This document shows, one piece after another, positions 25,832 through 32,000 of a stretch of DNA of 32,000 nucleotides. The number at the start of each line of letters is the position of its first letter. Position 1 is the stretch's first letter. The DNA comes from Candidatus Korarchaeum cryptofilum OPF8 (GTDB lineage: Archaea; Korarchaeota; Korarchaeia; Korarchaeales; Korarchaeaceae). Position numbers and translations under genes: made by a program. The stretch is taken from the NCBI RefSeq assembly GCF_000019605.1, contig NC_010482.1, forward strand, positions 120,001 through 152,000, written 5' to 3'. The notes under the pieces were generated by a model. The model was not told where the DNA came from and ran no database searches. It was given only the letters and a program-made list of their open reading frames with translations.

Positions 25832-27222
25832 TGGAGCTCATAATGTGGTCGATATTCGCGATCCTCTCAGCTGCTGGCCTCATAATACCGGCTATAGATT
25901 ACCTTAAAGGGGTGAGGGCAGGCCCCTACATAGCTCTAATATCTACAGCAGCATCTATGATACTCCTAGCCCTCCTCATGAGGAAGAGCGGGGTTATGTT
26001 CAGCGGACTCATAAGGATAGATCCCCTATCGACCTACATAGCATTCATAGCAGCCTTCGGCTCCTTCTTAGTTGTGCTGGCCTCACTATCTCAAGCTAAG
26101 GACTGGAGTACGGCTCCTAGCCTCTACTCCCTCATCCTGCTCTCCCTACTCGGAGTCCTCTTCATCCTCTACGCTAATGATGCCTCCGTAGTCATAGCTT
26201 CCTGGGCTCTAGTTGCTGTAGCCTCCTACGTCATAGTGGGCATGAGGAAGGATGATGCATCCCTCGAGGCGTCCGTTAAGTACTCCCTGATGGGCGTGGC
26301 TTCATCCTCCCTCCTCATCTTCGGCTTCGCTCTCGTCCTCGGGGTGACGAGGGAGAGTCAATTGATTCAGTTAAGCTACGTATCGACTCAACTCAGGGAA
26401 ATATTAGTGCTAGGGGTCCTCATATTAATAGCTGCGGTAGGGTTCAAGATGGGAGTTTTCCCTTTCCACGCTTGGTTGCCAGATGTCTACGGCGGCGCTA
26501 ATCCACTCTTAGTCTCATTCGTCTCAGGGGTAGTGAAGCTCATAAGTATAGGAGCATTCATAAGAGTTCTGCAACCTCTAATTCCGGCTATAAGTGATTA
26601 CTGGTTCACAGCGATGGCTATCCTATCCATACTCACGATGTTCTATGGAAATTTAGCTGCTCTTGTCCAGAGGAACGTCCAGAGGATGATGGCGTACTCA
26701 AGCATAGCTCAAGCAGGGTACTTCCTCATAGCTTTCGCAGCCCTGGGCTCCACGAAATTAGCTCTTCAAGCCATAGGACTGCAGGTAACTACTTATGTGC
26801 TCGCTAAGATAGGGATATTCGTGGGGCTCGGTTACTTGAGCAGGAAGGGCTTCGAGCTCACTCTAGATGGGCTCAAGGGATCCGGGAGGACTATGAGGCT
26901 ATCGGGATCAATGATCACGATACTAATATTGAGCCTCATGGGTATGCCACCCCTGATAGGTTTCTGGAGCAAGTTCATGTACATCTTCTTCTCAGTGATG
27001 GACATAGCTCCATGGCTAGCCTTACTGGGAGTTATAAACAGCGGGATATCCGTAGGTTATTACGCATTGGTTTTGAGGTACATGTACTTCGCGAACCCGC
27101 CTGAGCTGAGGGCTAGGGAGGGCTCAAAGGATGCGGAGCTATACGTACTCGCGATAGTTGGGATTCTCTCAGTCGTCCTCGGTCTTGGGCTGGTGGATCA
27201 CTTAGTTCTCCTCCTATCCTAA
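25828..27222 (+). CDS. nuoN: NADH-quinone oxidoreductase subunit N (antiporter-like)
   Basis: The FPFHAWLPDVYGGANPLLVSF motif is typical of NuoN/ND2. The ATGA overlap start at 25828 is preferred; GTG 25819 is also in frame. Confidence 0.85.
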   Translation: MMELIMWSIFAILSAAGLIIPAIDYLKGVRAGPYIALISTAASMILLALLMRKSGVMFSGLIRIDPLSTYIAFIAAFGSFLVVLASLSQAKDWSTAPSLYSLILLSLLGVLFILYANDASVVIASWALVAVASYVIVGMRKDDASLEASVKYSLMGVASSSLLIFGFALVLGVTRESQLIQLSYVSTQLREILVLGVLILIAAVGFKMGVFPFHAWLPDVYGGANPLLVSFVSGVVKLISIGAFIRVLQPLIPAISDYWFTAMAILSILTMFYGNLAALVQRNVQRMMAYSSIAQAGYFLIAFAALGSTKLALQAIGLQVTTYVLAKIGIFVGLGYLSRKGFELTLDGLKGSGRTMRLSGSMITILILSLMGMPPLIGFWSKFMYIFFSVMDIAPWLALLGVINSGISVGYYALVLRYMYFANPPELRAREGSKDAELYVLAIVGILSVVLGLGLVDHLVLLLS

Positions 27223-27227
27223 TTTTT
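27223..27227 (+). terminator. Oligo-T tract immediately after nuoN
   Basis: TAATTTTTCAG lies directly at the stop. A second T6 run is at 27259-27264. Confidence 0.3.
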
Positions 27228-27345
27228 CAGCTCGAAGCCTCTGTATCCGGAACATTCATTTTTTAAATAAATGGGATATATTTGAAAAATCGTAGTCTCC
27301 CTCAAAATTTATATATTTTTACTCCCCTAATGAGGAGGGGTTATC

Positions 27346-27903
27346 ATGACTTCCCTTAATAAACTCACGCTCGCCGTATTATCCATCATCGCTGTGATCC
27401 TATTCATCCTCGGGTATTTCGGATTCCATATATTGCCACCTCTCCTCTACTCACTATTCCCTATCCTCCCAGCGATACGACTACTTTTTGTGAGGGAATC
27501 CATAGATGAGAGTATCGCGAGGAGAGCTAGCGAGCTGGCCATCCTGATATTTCCGTCAGTAGCAGTGGTAGTCTCACTTCTCCTCATAGTATCGGGGGAT
27601 CCTGTCATTGAGGGATATGTATACGGTATGTTCAGCACTTTAGTAGTGGTATCAGCAGCTTCCGATTTCGAGAGCCCGAGAATTCGACCCCGCTCCTCAG
27701 GGGACATAATAATATCTTTAGCCGGTCTCTTAGCGATAATAATAGCCATCTATCTGGGAGGTGGCTACAGGTATCCATCAGCGCTATGTTTAACGAACCT
27801 TACATGTTCCTTCCTTACGATACTCGGACTCCTCATCTTCCTTCCATCTATCTACTTCTACTTGGCCCATACTACATTCTTGAGGGGCTCGAGGACGAAA
27901 TAA
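27346..27903 (+). CDS. Hypothetical polytopic membrane protein
   Basis: 185 aa with about 5-6 hydrophobic segments. GGAGGGG lies 6 nt upstream of the ATG. I recognise no family. Confidence 0.55.
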   Translation: MTSLNKLTLAVLSIIAVILFILGYFGFHILPPLLYSLFPILPAIRLLFVRESIDESIARRASELAILIFPSVAVVVSLLLIVSGDPVIEGYVYGMFSTLVVVSAASDFESPRIRPRSSGDIIISLAGLLAIIIAIYLGGGYRYPSALCLTNLTCSFLTILGLLIFLPSIYFYLAHTTFLRGSRTK

Positions 27904-27975
27904 CTCCTCATCTTTTTGAATGCGATTCATAGAAAAGCTTAAGAATCCATTCAGCTCGATCGATCGGAGGTATGC

Positions 27976-28587
27976 ATGTACCTCCCGTGGAGCTACATCC
28001 ATTCCTTCGAGTGTAATGCATGCGGGATCTGTTGCTCTCATTTCTCGGTGCCCCTGAGACCCAATGAAGCCCTCGAGATATCTAGGAAATTAGGGAGGTA
28101 TTACGTAGAGATCAGGAAGGACAGGCTCTTCCTGAGGAAGGAAAGTAGGAGCTGCCCCTTCCTCCTGAGCTCCCACCTCTGCTATCTGCAGATGCTCGGT
28201 ATGAAACCGAGGGCATGCAAGCTCTGGCCATTCTACATCTTCAAAAACCCGGAATATGGGAGGAGGGAGGAAGCGGCTTTCTCCAGTAAGCTGGGGACAT
28301 TCTACATATACGTGGATCCAAGATGCCCCGGAATCGCAATCGGGAGGCCGACCGAAAAGCTCATGAGTGCTATAGAGGAGGCGGTGGAGATATGGTTAGG
28401 CCTCAGGAGGGAGCAGGTACTAACTACATCCTCGCTTAAAGCTCTTGCTCGCATGGGGCATGAGTCGATGCCTAAGATAGCTCAGATAGAGGACTCATGG
28501 CTCCTCTCATCAATCGGACCCCAGATCCCGGAGATAGGAGAGCTTCGGAATCAGTCCCATAGGGGAGCCCTCTACAGGCTGGAGTGA
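27976..28587 (+). CDS. YkgJ/UPF0153-type cysteine-cluster protein (CxxCxxCC putative Zn/Fe-binding domain)
   Basis: Contains FECNACGICCSHF ... SCPFL ... LC ... PRACKLWPF ... DPRCPG, which is the characteristic CxxCxxCC family spacing. Confidence 0.75.
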   Translation: MYLPWSYIHSFECNACGICCSHFSVPLRPNEALEISRKLGRYYVEIRKDRLFLRKESRSCPFLLSSHLCYLQMLGMKPRACKLWPFYIFKNPEYGRREEAAFSSKLGTFYIYVDPRCPGIAIGRPTEKLMSAIEEAVEIWLGLRREQVLTTSSLKALARMGHESMPKIAQIEDSWLLSSIGPQIPEIGELRNQSHRGALYRLE

Positions 28588-28601
28588 TGGGAAAGTTTAT
28601 T

Positions 28602-28713
28602 AGGCAGTGCTTCATACTGCTTGGGGCCGGGAGAGGGGGTCAGAGAGACCTCTGATAACCAGCGCTCTAAGGAGTGGCTGATTCCCGTTTCCGCGGGAAC
28701 CCCCGAAAGCCCC
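28602..28713. other. GC-rich multi-hairpin spacer between convergent genes (candidate structured RNA or bidirectional terminator)
   Basis: Hand-folded stems: 28602-28608/28616-28622; TCAGAG/CTCTGA at 28640-28645/28650-28655; TTCCCG/CGGGAA at 28683-28687.../28694-28699. A closing helix pairs GGGGC-CGGG (28623-28631) with CCCG-aaa-GCCCC (28702-28713). The strand is undetermined. Confidence 0.3.
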
Positions 28714-29343
28714 TCATATTCCCTTTAGGAGCCTCAGATATGTGGATGGGCTCAATTCAGTTACCCTACCATCATCAACAGAAGTTATGAGTATCCCATT
28801 GAGCTTGCAAATCCTCAATATCTCCAGAGGTATCGGGGGGTTGGTGTAGTAAGAATCTAGGAGAGACTTCCACTTAATCAACTCATCCTCATTCCTCTCA
28901 TCGGGGGGCAGTAGGACGAAGGGCGGTATCTCCATCAGGTATGTGGGCGGAGCCGCTAGGTAAAACCTGTCAGAGTGAATGCTGTACCTAGCTATCTTGC
29001 TCGCAATTCTAGCTCTGCAGAAGTTATCGGGATCTAGAGCATGCTCAGGAGGAACATAACCGGTTTCTACCTCAACTATCACCTTAATATCATTTAAACA
29101 TAGAAGATCACATTTCAGATCATCTATTGGGACCTCAACGTCCACCTCATATCCCTTTGAAATGAAATGAGCTGCAACCACTATCTCCATTGCTGAATGA
29201 TTTATCTTGACCAATCCCCTCTTATGAAGATCGGAGAGCTTATTTATGAGGGGATCCAGCCTGCCGCTTGGAACAATACCATTCTCCTCCAATCTCGAGG
29301 CCAGCTTCCTCAGATCTGACCTGAAAACCCTCTCGTTCGGCAC
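28714..29343 (-). CDS. Hypothetical protein with a PD-(D/E)xK nuclease-like core
   Basis: 209 aa. AMEIVVAAHFISKGYEVDVEVP...CDLLCLNDIKVIVEVETGY follows the helix-E / strand / D / E-x-(K) layout of restriction-endonuclease-fold proteins such as Hjc. The canonical Lys position is Glu/Thr. This is a motif-level inference only. Confidence 0.45.
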   Translation of the reverse strand: MPNERVFRSDLRKLASRLEENGIVPSGRLDPLINKLSDLHKRGLVKINHSAMEIVVAAHFISKGYEVDVEVPIDDLKCDLLCLNDIKVIVEVETGYVPPEHALDPDNFCRARIASKIARYSIHSDRFYLAAPPTYLMEIPPFVLLPPDERNEDELIKWKSLLDSYYTNPPIPLEILRICKLNGILITSVDDGRVTELSPSTYLRLLKGI

Positions 29344-29393
29344 TCACGAGCATGGCATCAATAACTTTTAGTTTTTACTGTATCATCAGCCCG

Positions 29394-30827
29394 ATGCCAA
29401 TGCAGAAAACGAAGATAATAGCGACCATAGGACCTTCCTCATCCCAAATAGAGGTACTTAAGGGTATGATAGCTGAGGGAATGAGCATAGCCAGGCTGAA
29501 CTTCTCCCATGGGACTATAGGGGAGAAGATGGAGCAGATAGAGGTGATAAGAAGGGCTTCCTATGAGCTGGGGATCAGATTGGGCCTCATGTCCGATCTT
29601 CAGGGGCCCGAGGTAAGGACACATATGGGAAAGAAGGAGCTTAAGATAGAGGACGGTGATCTAGTCACTGTGAGCGGTAAGGAGGGGATTGGAGAGATAA
29701 AGATAAAGCCATCGAGCGTTTTAAGGGGTCTGGAGCCGGATGATGAGCTCTACATAGATGAGGGGAGGATAAGGCTCAGGGTGAGGGAAGTTGATGGGGA
29801 GCTACTCAAGTGCGAGGTAATCCAGGGGGGTCTCGTCAGGGATAAGAGATCGGTGCACGCATCAAAACCTTTCGAACTCAGAGGCCTGACGGAGGAGGAT
29901 AAGGAGGCTATAAAGGCATCAATAAGCAAGGGAGTTGACTTCATAGCCCTATCCTTCGTCAAATCGGCTGAGGATGTTACAGAGGCGATGGAATTCATGA
30001 GATCTATCTCTGAGGAGCCTCCGGCCATAATATCCAAGATAGAGACCAAGGAAGCTGTTGAGAGGATAAGGGAAATACTCGATGTATCCTATGGAATTAT
30101 GGTGGCTAGAGGGGATCTCGGCGTCGAGTTACCGCTTCAGGAGGTCCCGAAGATACAGAAAAAATTGATAAGGCTCGCTAATCAGAACGCTAAGCCAGTA
30201 ATAACGGCGACTGAGATGCTAGAATCCATGACCCAAAGCCCAATACCGACCAGAGCTGAGGTCACCGACGTCTACAACGCGATACTTGATGGGAGCGATG
30301 CCATAATGCTGTCAGCTGAGACAGCTATAGGGAAGTACCCCGTGCTCAGCGTTAGATGGATGAGGATAATAGCTGAAATGGCTGAGAGCTCTCTGGAGAG
30401 CAGGCTAGATTTCCCGGTAGATAATATACCTTCTTTCATCGGCAAGGCCGCTGTAGAGGCTTCAGAGATCCTCAAATGCCCTGTGATATTCTGCTTCACT
30501 TACTCAGGCTATACGGCGAGGCACGTCGCTAGACACAGGCCTAAAGCTAGGATAATAGCGCTTAGCAGCAACAAGAGAACGAGCCAGCTCCTCACACTCA
30601 CATGGGGTGTTGAGACGATAGATGTGACCGGAGATTTAGATGAGGCCCTGAGCTACGCCCTGAGCTACTGCATGGATAGGGGCATACTATCGGAGGAGGA
30701 TCGCATCGTAGTGACTTACGGCCATCCCCACGGTGAGGCGAAGACGAACACCCTCAGGATATTGAGTGTGAGGGAACTTCAGAGAGCGGGTACACCGAAG
30801 CCCTCAGAGATCACGGGACCATCGTGA
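29394..30827 (+). CDS. pyk: Pyruvate kinase
   Basis: Contains MPMQKTKIIATIGPSS, IARLNFSHG, MVARGDLGVELP and MLSAETA motifs. The ATG at 29394 (or 29400) is preferred over the ORF-track start at 29352, which adds a non-homologous hydrophobic extension. Confidence 0.93.
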   Translation: MPMQKTKIIATIGPSSSQIEVLKGMIAEGMSIARLNFSHGTIGEKMEQIEVIRRASYELGIRLGLMSDLQGPEVRTHMGKKELKIEDGDLVTVSGKEGIGEIKIKPSSVLRGLEPDDELYIDEGRIRLRVREVDGELLKCEVIQGGLVRDKRSVHASKPFELRGLTEEDKEAIKASISKGVDFIALSFVKSAEDVTEAMEFMRSISEEPPAIISKIETKEAVERIREILDVSYGIMVARGDLGVELPLQEVPKIQKKLIRLANQNAKPVITATEMLESMTQSPIPTRAEVTDVYNAILDGSDAIMLSAETAIGKYPVLSVRWMRIIAEMAESSLESRLDFPVDNIPSFIGKAAVEASEILKCPVIFCFTYSGYTARHVARHRPKARIIALSSNKRTSQLLTLTWGVETIDVTGDLDEALSYALSYCMDRGILSEEDRIVVTYGHPHGEAKTNTLRILSVRELQRAGTPKPSEITGPS

Positions 30828-31999
30828 AACGCGAGCTCCCCTCTGATGAATACCTTGCTCACCTTCCACTTCAACTCCTTCCCCTCTATAGGGCTGGCCC
30901 TCGCCTTCGTGTGGAGCTCCTCCTTCTTTAGGGTCCACCTCTCCCTCTTCAGTATGACGAGGTCCGCTAAATTACCGGGCACCAATGAGCCCCTTCTCAG
31001 GCCCAGATGCAGAGCTGGGTTCGCGCTGTACATAGATAGTATCCTATAGGGGAGCTTCCCCTCCTCAACGCACTGCACTAAGAATGGAGTGAGGGCATCC
31101 AACCATGGAATGCCTGATGGCATCTCCTCATACCCCTTGGACTTCTCCTCAGGGCTGTGAGGGGCATGATCAGTCACTAAGAAATCTGCGAATCCGGCTC
31201 TAACCATTCCTAGGAGCTTCTCCCCCGTATCCCTTATGGGAGGGTTCACTTTGAAGAGGCTCCCCAGCGAATCAGCGTCCGATGGGCTGTAGAGGAGGTG
31301 GTGCGGCGTTACCTCAGCTTTCACCTCCATCCCCTCTGCTTTTGCTTCGCTCACTGCTGCTAAAGTATAGGGGAGGGTGGAATGGGCTATCCTGAGCTTG
31401 GTCCCATGTCTACGGGCTAGCGGGATAACCCTATCCACAGCTATTTTCTCAGCGAGTTCGGGTCTCGCCCTATTATGCTCCTTAACATCGAAAACCCTTT
31501 CAGCCTCCTTTAGGATAAGAGGATCCTCCGCGTGAACTACTACCTCCTTCCCCATCTCGGAAGCCCTCTTGAAGACGGGATTTAGGTCTTCATACATATC
31601 CTCAGGGTAGATTTTGATGCCTATAACGTAGCTCCTCTCATCCAAATAGGGGAATGCTGTGTAGAGGAGGAAGTCCACGTAACTCTCTCTCTTAGCCTCC
31701 TCTGTTTTCATATCGAGCTTCTCCCTGCTATCTATCTTCGGAACGTTGTTGGGCATATCAGCTACGACAGTAACTCCCCCGCTCAAAGCAGCTAATGATT
31801 CGGACCTCCAGTCCCCCTTATGCCTCTGATTGAGCCCTCTCATGTGCACGTGCAAGTCGATCATGCCAGGAAGTATCAAGTCAGCCTCCTCGCACCCCCT
31901 CATCCCTATTGAGATAGAGCTTATCCTATCCTCTACAACCTCAATGCATCCATCTATCAGGCCCCAAGGGAGCATGAGCTTACCGCAGAAGCATGCCAA
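30779..31999 (-). CDS. pyrC: Dihydroorotase (cyclic amidohydrolase family)
   Basis: Contains DLHVHMRG (metal-binding HxH), VHAED and FLVTDHAPH motifs. The start is uncertain: TTG 31999, ATG 31975, or beyond the window edge. Confidence 0.88.
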   Translation of the reverse strand: MACFCGKLMLPWGLIDGCIEVVEDRISSISIGMRGCEEADLILPGMIDLHVHMRGLNQRHKGDWRSESLAALSGGVTVVADMPNNVPKIDSREKLDMKTEEAKRESYVDFLLYTAFPYLDERSYVIGIKIYPEDMYEDLNPVFKRASEMGKEVVVHAEDPLILKEAERVFDVKEHNRARPELAEKIAVDRVIPLARRHGTKLRIAHSTLPYTLAAVSEAKAEGMEVKAEVTPHHLLYSPSDADSLGSLFKVNPPIRDTGEKLLGMVRAGFADFLVTDHAPHSPEEKSKGYEEMPSGIPWLDALTPFLVQCVEEGKLPYRILSMYSANPALHLGLRRGSLVPGNLADLVILKRERWTLKKEELHTKARASPIEGKELKWKVSKVFIRGELAFHDGPVISEGFGVPAL

Positions 32000-32000
32000 T

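Noticed and set aside
27324-27340. Hairpin CCCCT-aatgagg-AGGGG overlapping the Shine-Dalgarno of the 27346 membrane-protein gene as a translational switch
   Set aside because: The stem is only 5 bp and likely arises by chance from the purine-rich SD. There is no supporting conservation evidence.
28584-28681. Possible C/D-box sRNA (GTGATGG at 28584-28590; CTGA at 28652-28655 and 28678-28681)
   Set aside because: The C box is imperfect, I found no convincing C'/D' pair, and the C-to-D spacing (about 60-90 nt) is longer than typical archaeal C/D sRNAs.
28623-28713. Cloverleaf-like fold tested as a tRNA (either strand) or as 5S rRNA
   Set aside because: There is no 7-bp acceptor stem adjacent to a T-arm and no GTTCRANYC-type T-loop or D-loop consensus on either strand. 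The length (about 91 nt) and three-hairpin topology do not fit 5S rRNA. The resemblance to the 5S CCGGAAGUUAAGCC segment is weak.
1-32000. Scan for CRISPR arrays, IS elements/transposases, integrases, toxin-antitoxin pairs and rRNA/tRNA genes
   Set aside because: I saw no regularly spaced direct repeats beyond the three units at 10754-10819 and no transposase- or integrase-like translations. No intergenic spacer is long enough or shaped correctly for rRNA or tRNA. An exhaustive repeat search was not possible by eye.

Overview
The window reads as a densely packed archaeal chromosomal segment. Codon usage is AGG/AGA/ATA-rich and thermophile-like, and the gene set is of TACK/Korarchaeota type, but that lineage guess cannot be verified here. 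It holds about 36 protein genes with almost no intergenic space.

Most of the content is recognisable housekeeping:
- aEF-2.
- A translation/transcription cluster: trmJ-like SPOUT methylase, rpl10e, METTL5-like methylase, csl4, one unknown gene, rpoL.
- A small HTH gene followed by aspartate kinase and asd.
- dcd, class II (AdoCbl) ribonucleotide reductase and the cob(I)alamin adenosyltransferase.
- An 11-gene nuo operon (A B C D H I J K M L N, no E/F/G).
- Pyruvate kinase and dihydroorotase.

I see no rRNA, tRNA, CRISPR array, IS element or integrase.

The parts not explained by standard annotation are:
1. Three phased CCCGCCAAT tandem units at the start of the HTH/ask/asd operon.
2. A translationally coupled minus-strand five-gene cluster: Yip1-like membrane protein, anchored beta-rich protein, double wHTH regulator, DedA, GNAT.
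3. A 126-nt GC-rich multi-hairpin spacer. It is the only convergent gene junction in the window that is not abutting or overlapping.
4. An orphan protein next to that spacer with a PD-(D/E)xK-like core.
5. A roughly 80% A+T spacer upstream of nuoA.
6. An apparent 1-nt frame disruption in the N-terminus of a P-loop ATPase.

All calls come from reading the translations and sequence by eye. Start codons are often ambiguous because neighbouring genes overlap.
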